From contig CAWCLO010000006.1 in the NCBI GenBank assembly GCA_963796455.1, forward strand, positions 96,001 to 160,000: DNA of 64,000 nt, written 5' to 3'. The notes beneath the pieces are model-generated. The model saw nothing but the letters and a program-made list of their open reading frames with translations, was not told the DNA's origin and searched no databases. Source of the DNA: Candidatus Sulfomarinibacteraceae bacterium (GTDB taxonomy: Bacteria > Acidobacteriota > Thermoanaerobaculia > Thermoanaerobaculales > Sulfomarinibacteraceae). Each line of letters begins with the position of its first letter. Positions within the stretch are counted from its first letter, which is position 1. The translations under genes and the position numbers were made by a program. Positions 39,949-50,169 of this stretch are shown in pieces.

Positions 39949-40980
39949 TCAACCCCACCTCACCACCGACGCCGACCAGGCGTAGCCGACGCCCGCAGCC
40001 ACCATTACCATCACCATCTCGTCGCGCAAGCGGCCCGACTCCAGTCCCAAAATTATCGAAAGCGGCTGGTCTTGCTGGCCGATATGTCCGTACTCGTTCA
40101 GGTGGGTCGCCTGCTCTTCGGTCAGACCGAGCTCTTGCAGGATGAATCGGTGGGCTGAAGGCTTGAGATGAAGCACGTTGAGGTAGCCGATGTCGGCCCT
40201 GCCGAGGCCACTCCTCTCGAGCGCGCGATCAACCACGTGCAGGAAGTTGTCCATGGAAACAGCGTCGAGCCGGCGCTTCATGGCGTCGGGATTGGGGCAG
40301 TCCAGTCGGTTGCGCCCCTCGGCGATGGCCTCGGCCGAGATCGGCTCTACCGTTCCGCCGACCGGGATGATGACGTCGCGGGAAAACGAACCGTCAACGA
40401 CGACCTCCGACTCCAGCAGGCGGTTCCTCGGGTGGCCCTTCTGCAACAGAATCGCCCCACCGCCCGCCGCAAGACTGAAAAGGAAACGTGCCCGTTGGTT
40501 CGTGTAGTCGACCCAGTCGCCGTTGCGGTAGCCTCCCGCGATCAGCACCGTTTTCAGGTCTGGGTCGCCCAGCATCATCGCCTTCGCCATCTTGAGCACC
40601 GCCATCGTGGTCGCACATCGCATCTGAACGTCGATCGCCCAGGCCCGCCGCGCACCGAGGTCGTACGCAAGCTTGACTCCCGCCGTCCACAGCGGGAACT
40701 CCTTCCATTCCTCGGTGGTACACAGGACCAGGTCGATCTCCTCCGGGTCCAACCCGGCCCGTTTGACCGCGTCCTCGGCGGCCCACAGCCCCATGGCGTT
40801 GGTGTGGTCGCCGGGGCCCGCCACCGGCTTTCGGGTGATACCCATTTTGCGGATGACGACATCCTCTGGAACTCCCGATCGCTCGGCGATTTCCGCTGCC
40901 GTGATGAAGGTCTCGGGTATGTAGACCCCGGCCGACAGGATGCCGATCGGCGGCGCGGGATCAATCTCCGGCGCGCTCAC
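39949..40980 (-). CDS. KAS III/FabH-like enzyme, Cys-His-His type
   Basis: QMRCATT, VLHLKPS, YGHIGQ, AAGVGY.W; GTGA overlap with the upstream gene. Confidence 0.85.
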   Translation of the reverse strand: MSAPEIDPAPPIGILSAGVYIPETFITAAEIAERSGVPEDVVIRKMGITRKPVAGPGDHTNAMGLWAAEDAVKRAGLDPEEIDLVLCTTEEWKEFPLWTAGVKLAYDLGARRAWAIDVQMRCATTMAVLKMAKAMMLGDPDLKTVLIAGGYRNGDWVDYTNQRARFLFSLAAGGGAILLQKGHPRNRLLESEVVVDGSFSRDVIIPVGGTVEPISAEAIAEGRNRLDCPNPDAMKRRLDAVSMDNFLHVVDRALERSGLGRADIGYLNVLHLKPSAHRFILQELGLTEEQATHLNEYGHIGQQDQPLSIILGLESGRLRDEMVMVMVAAGVGYAWSASVVRWG

Positions 40981-41798
40981 CGTCCCGCACTCTCGCCGGG
41001 CGCGGTGAGGAAGTCCAGGACCGCCTGGTTGAATCGATCCCGCTGGTCGAAGGAGCACGCGTGCCCGGATTCCTCGAGGATCACCACCTTTGCATTTGGG
41101 ATCAGTTCGCCCAGAATTCGGGCGTTGGCAGCCGGCGACACCCGGTCCGATTCCCCATGCACAATCAGGGTCGGAGAGGTGATCGTGGGCAGCCGATCCT
41201 CGCGGTGAAAGCCCTTGATCGCCCCCCGCTGCCTCTTGAAGGCGGATGGCGGTTGCGGGTGGGCAACCCGCCAGGCCACGTACTCCTCGACTTCGCCGGG
41301 GTTGTCCTCCATCCAACGATGGTGGGCAAAAATTGAAAACGCCCTGCGCGTATCTGTTGCCGGGTCGCCCGTCCTGCGCAGGCGAAACATCATCGGAATC
41401 AGTTTCCACACCGATGGTCGGACGCTCCTCGGGCCGTTGCTGGTGGTGCAGACCAGCACCAAACGGTCCACCATCTCAGCATGGGATAGCACCAACTCCT
41501 GGGCAACCAGCCCGCCCAGCGACGCCCCCACCACATGCGCCCTCTCAATCTCGAGGACTCTCATCAGACCCACTGTGTCGGCCACGAACATCGGAATCGA
41601 GTACGGCTCGTCCGGTTTGTCCGACTCACCGGACCCCCGGTTGTCAAACACCACCACCCGGAATCTCTCCGAAAACACCGGCACCTGCTTCGACCACAGA
41701 TAGGTGTCGGCACCCAAACCACCGATCATCACCAGCGGCGGTCCGGATCCGTGCTCCTCGTAGTGGATCCCGATACCGTTGACATCGACTTTCGGCAT
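40977..41798 (-). CDS. Alpha/beta hydrolase
   Basis: FDNRGSG.S, GASLGG, HGESD, ESGH. Confidence 0.9.
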   Translation of the reverse strand: MPKVDVNGIGIHYEEHGSGPPLVMIGGLGADTYLWSKQVPVFSERFRVVVFDNRGSGESDKPDEPYSIPMFVADTVGLMRVLEIERAHVVGASLGGLVAQELVLSHAEMVDRLVLVCTTSNGPRSVRPSVWKLIPMMFRLRRTGDPATDTRRAFSIFAHHRWMEDNPGEVEEYVAWRVAHPQPPSAFKRQRGAIKGFHREDRLPTITSPTLIVHGESDRVSPAANARILGELIPNAKVVILEESGHACSFDQRDRFNQAVLDFLTAPGESAGR

Positions 41799-42052
41799 GC
41801 AAGCCCCCGTTTCCCCAACCCGAATGATCCGACGATCATACGACCACCCTCCTGCCTTCGCCAGGCTCTCCGGATCTGAAAAGCACTGGTATTCCTCCTG
41901 GGCTTGCCACCACCAAACCTGCTTCCAGCCCCTAGAGCCCTGAAGGAGCGACAGGGAATAGCGTCGGGAGTCAGCTGACACCCCAGGCTATTCCCTGTGG
42001 CCGGTCCGCGGCACGCTCGACCCTCAGTCACCCAAACAGCGGCGACAGAGGC

Positions 42053-44293
42053 TCAACGCTTCAAAGCCTTCTTCCTGGGCCGTCCGGACTTGCGCGCGGC
42101 GCGGGTGTCAGGTTTGACGCCCACCGGGACCAGCTGCAGCTGCATGGCATCCAGATCGACCCGGGCGAGCAGCACCTCGATGGGATCGCCTAGACGCCAC
42201 ACCTTTTTCTTTTTCTCCCCCACCAGGCGGTGTCGCCGGTCGTCATAGACGTAATAGTCATCGTCGATCTCCGAGATGTGGATCATCCCGTCAACCGAGA
42301 TTTCATCGAGCCGGACAAAGAGACCGAACTCGGTGACTCCCGAGATGTGTCCGTCAAAAATCTCGCCCTCCCGCTCGCGCAGATAGAGCACCGTCTTCCA
42401 CTCGACCGCAGCCCGCTCCGCCGACTCGGCTCGCCTCTCGGCCGCCGAACACGATTCGCCGAGAATCTTGAGCTCGGCTTCAACCGCCTCACGTTCGGGT
42501 CCCGGCCGGAACGGACCATCCTCGAGAAGCTTTGCCAGCATCCGATGGACCACGAGATCCGGATAACGTCGGATCGGTGAGGTGAAGTGCAGATATTCCT
42601 CGGTGGTCAGGGCGTAGTGCCCCCGCGGGTCGGGGCTATAGAGGGCCCGCGCCAGAGTCCGCAGGACCAGCATGTCGATCAGCCGCTCCTCGGGTCTCCC
42701 GTCTGCAGCTTCGAGCAGATCCTGAAGCGCGGAGGGTTCGAGGGACGACGGATCACCCTTCAGCTTCAGACCGAGATCGGAGACTACCTGCATCAGTTGC
42801 TCGACCCGCTGAGCCTCCGGCTGATCGTGCACCCGATAGAGACCCGGCTGGTCCGCATCCATCAACATCTGGGCCACGCAACGATTCGCCGCAACCATCA
42901 ACTCCTCGATCAAGCGGTGGGCGCGATTGCGCGCGGCAGGTTGGATCGCAACCACCCGTCCTTCGGGATCGAGGATGAGTTCGGGCTCGGCGAGGTCAAA
43001 ATCGAGGCTGCCGCTTGCGCGACGAGCCTGACCCAGTCGTTTGGCGGCCTCGGCCAGGAGGTCGAGCGATCCAGCAAAGGGCTCGGTCTCCGCCGGCCAT
43101 TGGCTGCGAGGAGATTCCAACCACCCGGCAACCTCGCCATAGGTGCAGCGGCGGCGCGAACTGATCACCGAGGCCCCCGCCGATCGTCGGATGATCTCAC
43201 CGCCACGATCAACCGTGAACCAAACCGTCCAGGTCAGACGGTCCACTTTTTCGCGCAGGGAGCAGAGGTCGTTCGAGAGTTTCTCGGGCAACATCGGCAC
43301 GCACCGACCGGGCAGATACACGCTGGTTCCGCGTTCCCGGGCCGACTCATCGAGGGCGGTGCCGGGCCGAACATAATGACTGACGTCGGCGATATGGACT
43401 CCGACCTCGATCGCCCCGTTTTTCCCCTTGCGGGCACTGACCGCATCGTCAAAATCGCGAGCGGTGCTGCCGTCGATGGTGATCGTAGGCTCGCCACGAA
43501 GATCCGACCGCCCCTTGATCTCGGCTTCGGAGATCTCGGACGGGAGATGATTCGCCTCGGCCATCACCGATTCCGAAAACCGCTCCACGATGCCGAACTG
43601 CCGAAGCACCACCTTTTCGACCACGCCCGGATCTGCGGCTTGACCAAGCCGTTCCAGAAGCACCCCGCGGGCGCGCTGTCCTTTCGGGTCAACTGTGTCC
43701 AGCGAAATGACGACCAGCTCCCCTTCGAGGGGCTCGCCCTCGACCCGGGACCCGGTCGGCGTGACCGTCAATCGGAGCCGCCGCTCGAGCGGCTTCACGT
43801 GGGGACGACCGCTGCCGACGATCCACCGCCCGACCACCTCCTGCCTCGCCCGCTCGAGAACACGCACCACCACGCCCTCGCGAACTCCGTCGGCACGGGC
43901 GCGCTTGCGCGGCTTTTCCAGCCGCACCAGTACCGTGTCACCGACCAGAGCCCCTCGCATCGCGTGCGGTGAGATGCGAATCGGCGCCCCGGATCGGTCG
44001 CCACCCGCGACCTCGATCTTTGCCCCGGCGACCCGCCGCAACTCGCCGGTCACCAGGTCGGAGGCCTCGGCCGAGAAGTACCGCTTGCCGCGGCCGAGCA
44101 TCACCAGGCCGTCTTTTTGCAGCTGTTTGAGGATCGGCCGCAGGATATGGCGCGCCTCGGAACGGCCCATCGAATGTTCTGCAGCCATCTGATTGACCAG
44201 CTGCTGGATTGTCAGACCCTTGGGACCGCGACGCTGAATCGCGGACAAAAGATCTTCAGATTTCAGATTTTTATTGGAATTGCTTTCGGTCAT
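42053..44293 (-). CDS. rnr: Ribonuclease R
   Basis: TIDG..ARDFDDA, HIADVSHYV, SVYLP...PMLP, HFTSPIRRYPDL, S1 domain, basic tail. Confidence 0.93.
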   Translation of the reverse strand: MTESNSNKNLKSEDLLSAIQRRGPKGLTIQQLVNQMAAEHSMGRSEARHILRPILKQLQKDGLVMLGRGKRYFSAEASDLVTGELRRVAGAKIEVAGGDRSGAPIRISPHAMRGALVGDTVLVRLEKPRKRARADGVREGVVVRVLERARQEVVGRWIVGSGRPHVKPLERRLRLTVTPTGSRVEGEPLEGELVVISLDTVDPKGQRARGVLLERLGQAADPGVVEKVVLRQFGIVERFSESVMAEANHLPSEISEAEIKGRSDLRGEPTITIDGSTARDFDDAVSARKGKNGAIEVGVHIADVSHYVRPGTALDESARERGTSVYLPGRCVPMLPEKLSNDLCSLREKVDRLTWTVWFTVDRGGEIIRRSAGASVISSRRRCTYGEVAGWLESPRSQWPAETEPFAGSLDLLAEAAKRLGQARRASGSLDFDLAEPELILDPEGRVVAIQPAARNRAHRLIEELMVAANRCVAQMLMDADQPGLYRVHDQPEAQRVEQLMQVVSDLGLKLKGDPSSLEPSALQDLLEAADGRPEERLIDMLVLRTLARALYSPDPRGHYALTTEEYLHFTSPIRRYPDLVVHRMLAKLLEDGPFRPGPEREAVEAELKILGESCSAAERRAESAERAAVEWKTVLYLREREGEIFDGHISGVTEFGLFVRLDEISVDGMIHISEIDDDYYVYDDRRHRLVGEKKKKVWRLGDPIEVLLARVDLDAMQLQLVPVGVKPDTRAARKSGRPRKKALKR

Positions 44294-44319
44294 TGCAACC
44301 TATTGAAACACACTTTGTC

Positions 44320-44401
44320 ATTTCGAATTTCGAATTTCGGATTTCGGATTTCGGATTTTGGATTTCGGGTTGCGGATTTCGAATTTCGGATTTCGGATTT
44401 T
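44320..44401. repeat. Heptamer tandem array (ATTTCGG/ATTTCGA)n, about 11-12 units
   Basis: Directly visible between the small membrane gene and rnr. Confidence 0.9.
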
Positions 44402-44407
44402 GCAGGG

Positions 44408-44659
44408 TTACTCAGCCTTGGCGAGTTTGTTGTAGAGCCAGGCGAACAGCCAGCCACCGATGAAACCGTCGATGAAGCCCCAGATGGCACCGACAAACGC
44501 CCCCACGTAGCTGAAGCTGTATCCGAGATAGAAGTGGTCGAGGGTCCTGATCTGTTCACCCTCATATCCCCGAAGCAGCAACCAGACGGTCGCACCAAAG
44601 ACCGCAAATCCCCACAAAATCCCACACGCCAGGCCAAAGGCCTTCGCATTCAGACGCAT
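44408..44659 (-). CDS. Small membrane protein (holin-annotated type)
   Basis: MRLNAKAFGLACGILWG...Y.GY...GA.VG..WGF.DG..GG.L.AWLYN; GAGGAGG RBS. Confidence 0.8.
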   Translation of the reverse strand: MRLNAKAFGLACGILWGFAVFGATVWLLLRGYEGEQIRTLDHFYLGYSFSYVGAFVGAIWGFIDGFIGGWLFAWLYNKLAKAE

Positions 44660-44760
44660 CTCAAACCTCCTCGTTTTTCGTTCCTGCATTGCTTGAAGGC
44701 AGGGTACCACCGCCTTCCGGATTCAAAACCCGCCGGCAGCGATTGGCGCAGCGAATCGCC

Positions 44761-44789
44761 TTGACAGTGAACCGGCCGGGATCTACCAT
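44761..44789 (+). promoter_or_regulatory. Sigma70 promoter of the tRNA
   Basis: TTGACA-17-TACCAT, 17 nt upstream of the tRNA. Confidence 0.8.
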
Positions 44790-44806
44790 GCACCTCCCGC
44801 TTATGT

Positions 44807-45315
<509 letters not shown>

Positions 45316-45334
45316 CTCAGCCCATCCTTCGTGA

Positions 45335-46765
45335 TCAGGCAGGTTGCTCCAGCAGCTTGTCGATCACGTCCGCGGCGGAGTAGGAGGTCTTGCCTTCGGG
45401 AATGAAACGGGCGATCTGGGCCAGGTCGTCGCCGGAGGTGAGCAAGGGTTTTTCGACCTCGCCGCCCTTCTGGATCTGGGGATGGCCGGCGTTTGCGACC
45501 AGTGAGTTGCAGATGCACTTGCGTCCGATCGTGTCGGCTTCCTGCCCACCCTTGGCGAGATAGTTCTCCACCGGTTCCGAAGCACAACGGTATCCCACCT
45601 TGCCGTCGTCCTTGCGGTACGCCTCACGCAGATAGCCGAGATCACAGACCCGGGTGCGTGAAAGGTAGACATCGCGCTCGGAGAGACTGCCCTCCAACTG
45701 GGCCACCTTGAACGGGAATCCGGTCGGCGAGGCAAGACGATCGGTGACAACCCGCGCCGTCCCCGCCACGGCTTCCTGCAGCAAAGCCTTTCGATATTCG
45801 TCTGCCAACCCGGAATCGTCGCAAAGCGCGAAGGCAGTGCCGACCTGTATTCCGTTACCGCCGGCAGCCAGGACCTCACGCAGTTTTTCGGCGGAGGCGG
45901 CCCCTCCGGCCACCCAGAACGGAAGCCCCATGTCGCGTATTTTGGCGAGATCGACGACATCCCGATCGCCATAGATCGGCTCGTTCTCGTCATTGACCTC
46001 CAACTGGCCGCGGGGCGGCGCATTGTGACCGCCGGCGGTCGGTCCTTCAATGACAAAACCATCGACCTGCCCGTTGGATCTCCTCAACATCGTTACGGCC
46101 AACACATTGGAAGCGATGATGGGGAAAAACTTCGGGCGAACAAGAGGAGGGGGATCGCCCTCGATGAAATCCTGCGGGTCAAAACGGGCGAGGTTGTCAT
46201 CGCCGTTTTGTGAGCCAACGACATTCAACGGATAAGAAACTTTTTGATGCGTCGATAGGCCGTCGAGGACACCGGGAACCATGGTTGGGATCCCCGCACC
46301 CATGATCACGTAGGCCGCGCCGGCCAACATTGCGCCGTACATCGAGGGAAGGTGCGGCATCTGGATTTTCTCGAGATAATTGATGCCGATATCGCCGTCG
46401 TGGCCCTCGCGAGCGAGAAAGACCTCGATAAAGTTCCCCAGAATGCAAAGTTCGTGGAGTCGCTTCGCCCCAACCTTTTTGTGGAGCGGAATCGCCGCGT
46501 AGGGTTTGTCGGCCGGCTTGCCCTCCGGAACGTAGAACTTATCCAGAGCCCGTCTGGCCATGTCGGGGAAGGGAAAACTCTGAAGCGCCCGGCGGACGTG
46601 CCCGCCGGCGTCGCCATCCTGGAGCCGCCTGACCAATAAGATCTCGAGCGCGACACCGGACACTACGCCGAGCTGCCCCAACTTTGAAACGGTCCGGGCG
46701 AGGTGCCAATTCGAGATCGCGACGCCCATTCCACCTTGAATGATCTTCGGAAATTGAACTGCCAT
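45335..46765 (-). CDS. Nitronate monooxygenase / FabK-like FMN oxidoreductase
   Basis: IIQGGMGV.IS, GAGIP, EGPTAGGH, QVGTAF, SPTGFPF. Confidence 0.88.
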   Translation of the reverse strand: MAVQFPKIIQGGMGVAISNWHLARTVSKLGQLGVVSGVALEILLVRRLQDGDAGGHVRRALQSFPFPDMARRALDKFYVPEGKPADKPYAAIPLHKKVGAKRLHELCILGNFIEVFLAREGHDGDIGINYLEKIQMPHLPSMYGAMLAGAAYVIMGAGIPTMVPGVLDGLSTHQKVSYPLNVVGSQNGDDNLARFDPQDFIEGDPPPLVRPKFFPIIASNVLAVTMLRRSNGQVDGFVIEGPTAGGHNAPPRGQLEVNDENEPIYGDRDVVDLAKIRDMGLPFWVAGGAASAEKLREVLAAGGNGIQVGTAFALCDDSGLADEYRKALLQEAVAGTARVVTDRLASPTGFPFKVAQLEGSLSERDVYLSRTRVCDLGYLREAYRKDDGKVGYRCASEPVENYLAKGGQEADTIGRKCICNSLVANAGHPQIQKGGEVEKPLLTSGDDLAQIARFIPEGKTSYSAADVIDKLLEQPA

Positions 46766-46901
46766 GAATCGCAGCGTAACAGTCGGAAATGACTCCCGAA
46801 AGTCCGCCTGCGGCAACGTGTGCCGCGTACGGTGACATGGCCTGATGAGTCCCGATCGTCGAGGCGGCGAGCAGAAGGCAGTCCTTCAGAGCCTTTGGCG
46901 C

Positions 46902-48122
46902 TCACCTCCAGGCGAGACAGAGCACGTGGTAGCTGGAGGTACCACACGTAGCATTGCTGATACTCATCCAGGAGCCACTGGTGCTCTGAGTGCTTCCATA
47001 GCGACCGCCGAACAGGGCCGATCCATGCGTCCAACCCGAACAGGTTGTCGTCGCCACCGAGCCGTCGTCGAGGCTCCCCGTATACCAGAAACCGGTGGCG
47101 GTCTGGGCGCCCGCCGCGTCCAGCGACTGATCAATGGACCCATCGAGAAGATCAGCCCAATCGTCGGCGATCACCTGCCAATTGGGTCCGGTGATCATGC
47201 GATCGGTCGGCACCCCGAAAGCGACTGGAAAATCTCGGATCTCGTCGTCGGCCGAAACGGAAATCAGCGCGCGAGTCTTCGCTGCGAGGGGTACTCCCGG
47301 CGTTGACTGCGCCGCCTGCCCGCACAATACATCGGCACCCGATCTTCCGCCGATGGCACCGGTCACACCACCGCCATCGAAGATGACCAGTCGATCGGGC
47401 AGGACCGGCGTCAGCATCGACCAACCCGTGCCATCCGCCGACTCGAAGCCATCACTATGGATATCGAGCGTCGCCGGCGGCGAGGACATGGTGATCTCGT
47501 CGAGATAGGAACTCAGGGCGTAATAGTTGTAGAAATTGAACCGGGTCAGCGTGGTCAGATTCGATGAACGAAACGGCACGTTGTACTGCCGCGGCACGCC
47601 ATCGATGCTGGCGTCGACCGTCCGTCCCACCCAATCGAGGGTGAGGTCCACTCGATACCATTGTCCCGGGTTGTAGGGTGCAAGGGTGTAGGAATACACC
47701 GGCGTGGAAAGAGACCAGTAACCGCCGGCCGATGCGACGAACAACACTGCGCCGCCATCGACTGCGGCGTTTTCATCTCCCAGCACAACGTAGGCGTTGG
47801 TCACATTCGCGGTTTCGGTTCGTACCCAGAAGGTGACTCCGGTGGCCTGCCAACTCCCAAGATCGTAGTTGGCGCCTTGCGAATGACCACACGCACCGTC
47901 GATCTTGAGACTGCGTGCCGATCCGTTGGCGCCTGTTGCGGAACTGTTGACCGCGGTACAGGGCCCGGTGGGAGCCGTCCATCCAACGAGGTCACCATCT
48001 TCGAAGTCATCGATGAGCGCGATGGCTTTGGATTGAGCGATCTGTTGGGCGGCTGAAGGAGAGCTGACGGACAATATCACCATGGCGACACAGGCAAGCC
48101 CGAGCGAGAAAGGAAATCTCAT
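46902..48122 (-). CDS. Secreted protein: beta-sandwich domain plus C-terminal endostatin/DUF1554-like domain
   Basis: Signal peptide; DDFEDG..GW; DGFES; GG..GAD.LC, C..WT, C......LC. Confidence 0.7.
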   Translation of the reverse strand: MRFPFSLGLACVAMVILSVSSPSAAQQIAQSKAIALIDDFEDGDLVGWTAPTGPCTAVNSSATGANGSARSLKIDGACGHSQGANYDLGSWQATGVTFWVRTETANVTNAYVVLGDENAAVDGGAVLFVASAGGYWSLSTPVYSYTLAPYNPGQWYRVDLTLDWVGRTVDASIDGVPRQYNVPFRSSNLTTLTRFNFYNYYALSSYLDEITMSSPPATLDIHSDGFESADGTGWSMLTPVLPDRLVIFDGGGVTGAIGGRSGADVLCGQAAQSTPGVPLAAKTRALISVSADDEIRDFPVAFGVPTDRMITGPNWQVIADDWADLLDGSIDQSLDAAGAQTATGFWYTGSLDDGSVATTTCSGWTHGSALFGGRYGSTQSTSGSWMSISNATCGTSSYHVLCLAWR

Positions 48123-48256
48123 ATTGGGTACTCCTTCTGCGAGAATTCTCTCAACGGATAAACCCAATATAGGCCCGGAGGAACAGCTTTTCACCCGCCA
48201 TCGAGGCGATGTGTGATGGCTGTCACCGGCTGGATTGTGTGGAGATTCTCGCCCGG

Positions 48257-48997
48257 TCAGGGAGCGACGAAGGCCTCCGCCAGAACGGCAGCGACCCGAT
48301 CTCGCCCGTCGCCGTAAAACTCGAGGAAGCGGACTCCGATTCCGTTGACGCCTCCCCGCTCGGCGGTGGCATGTCGAACGATGGCCGCCTCTCCAGTCAC
48401 CTTGTTTTCTTCGTCCCCTGCCAGGATCTCGAAAACGACGAGCTGGCCGGGTTCGAGAACGGTGGTGGTCTGAACCAGCATCCCGGTCAGCGACAGATTC
48501 GACGTTTCGCCCGCCGCCTCGATGGTTCCATCGTCGAGAACCGTTGACAGGCGAGCCGCAAAACGCATCGCGGCCCTCGGGGCGATGTCGAGGAGATCCG
48601 CCACATGCTGCTCGATCACCTCTTCGGCCGTTTCGATGGTGACGACGCGGTTGACGCCGCGGCCGATGAGTTGACGGGCGGCCGGCACGGCGTCGTCGGC
48701 TGCGATGACCAGGACCGAACTCGTGTGGCTGGCGGAGGCTTCATTTCGTAAACGGCTGACGATCTCGGCGAAGCTTTGCTGGTCAGGCTCTGCATCGAAA
48801 ATGATCAGATCGAAGTGCTTCGCACAGGCCAGAGCCACGGCCTCTTCGAGGGAGGCCGCCGTTTCGATTTCGAGCTGACGACGATCGAGAACCGGTGCAA
48901 TGGCATTGAACGGCCCCCGGCCGATTCCCGCCAGCAGCACGGTCGATAGATTGTCTGTCACGGGTCCTCCTTCGTCCGCCGGAGTCCGACTGTTCAC
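48257..48997 (-). CDS. Receiver-like plus PilZ domain protein
   Basis: FDLIIFD receiver-like N-terminus; APRAAMR, NLS.TGM, GIGVRF. Confidence 0.8.
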   Translation of the reverse strand: MNSRTPADEGGPVTDNLSTVLLAGIGRGPFNAIAPVLDRRQLEIETAASLEEAVALACAKHFDLIIFDAEPDQQSFAEIVSRLRNEASASHTSSVLVIAADDAVPAARQLIGRGVNRVVTIETAEEVIEQHVADLLDIAPRAAMRFAARLSTVLDDGTIEAAGETSNLSLTGMLVQTTTVLEPGQLVVFEILAGDEENKVTGEAAIVRHATAERGGVNGIGVRFLEFYGDGRDRVAAVLAEAFVAP

Positions 48998-49248
48998 ATT
49001 TCATTCAGCACAATGTGACCACTATACCCGGACCGGATTCAAATCACCTTCTCAGGATGCTCCATCCGAATTCCCTCCACCGGGCAAACTGTTTTGAGCC
49101 CATTCCCGTACAATGGGTAGCCATCCGACGCAGACGAGCGGGTGTTGCACAGATATTTCATGATCTTGGAATAAAGATCATTTTCACAACGGTTTAACCT
49201 CAGCTGGGTAAAGTGTGGACCGAAGCGCCACCGCCCTTGGAGAGAGTC

Positions 49249-50169
49249 ATGAAAACGGTAACGACAGAAAACCGCAAGCGGGTCTCGAAACTCGAGGCCG
49301 AGCTGGCGAATTTCCGCGAGATGATGGAGTACGTCAACTGGATCCCGGATGAGGTGAGCCTGACCAATATCGAGGTATTCGGGGAGACATTTCCTCTCAA
49401 TGGGCTGCTCGGCGGTGACCACATCATCGTCGTCGATTTCAAAAAGCGCTACAACCTGGACGCTCGTATCACCGAAGCCCTGCAACAGGGCCGCGAAGAC
49501 GTAGCGCAGAATCTCAAAGCCTGCAAGGATCGGGTCGGCATCCTCCTCGCCGACTCTTGCGGTCACGACATGACCGATTCGCTACTGACAGCGATGCTGC
49601 ACCAGGCCTTTCTCACGGGTGTGCTGTACGAATTGGAGACCAACGGCCACGTCACATCAAAACTCTTCGAGATTCTCAACACCCGTTTCGCCCGTTCGTC
49701 CAGCATCAGCAAGTTCATCACCATGGTCTACGGAGAAATCGGCGAGGACGGGACCTTCCGTTTCATATCGGCCGGTCACCCGAAACCTCTCGTCTACTCG
49801 TCCGAATACGACAGGCTGGTGGATATCGACCCGGAGCGCACCAAGAACTTTCTCCCCGTCGGGCTCTTTCCGAGCCGCGGAGACATCGATGAGGGACCGG
49901 CGACGATTCCACTTCCTTCGAAGGAACGATATTCGGTCAACGAGGTCAGCCTCATGGGTGTCGGCGATATTCTCCTGCTGCAAACGGATGGTCTTTACGA
50001 GCACTCCCTCGGCGAACAATCCTATACCCCGGAAAAGCTCGAGCGCGCGATCCGGGAAACAAAGGATCTGCCGCCGCACGACATCGTTGCCGCCATCCGG
50101 GAGGATATGGTTCGTTTCGCGCCGCCGCAGGACGACACCAGCCTGGTTGTGATCAAAAAGACTGCGTGA
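49249..50169 (+). CDS. PP2C/SpoIIE-family phosphatase
   Basis: GGD, AD..GH, SAGHP.P, TDGL.E, DDTS. Confidence 0.88.
   Translation: MKTVTTENRKRVSKLEAELANFREMMEYVNWIPDEVSLTNIEVFGETFPLNGLLGGDHIIVVDFKKRYNLDARITEALQQGREDVAQNLKACKDRVGILLADSCGHDMTDSLLTAMLHQAFLTGVLYELETNGHVTSKLFEILNTRFARSSSISKFITMVYGEIGEDGTFRFISAGHPKPLVYSSEYDRLVDIDPERTKNFLPVGLFPSRGDIDEGPATIPLPSKERYSVNEVSLMGVGDILLLQTDGLYEHSLGEQSYTPEKLERAIRETKDLPPHDIVAAIREDMVRFAPPQDDTSLVVIKKTA

Noticed and set aside
41952..41997. Hairpin CAGGGAATAGC...GCTATTCCCTG as a riboswitch or terminator
   Set aside because: No U-tract and no recognisable aptamer; probably another palindromic repeat, function unsupported.
44408..44659. Holin-like gene as evidence of a prophage
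   Set aside because: No endolysin or other phage genes; housekeeping context next to rnr and a tRNA.
46841..46885. CTGATGAG resembling a hammerhead ribozyme core
   Set aside because: No stem II followed by GAAA could be found.
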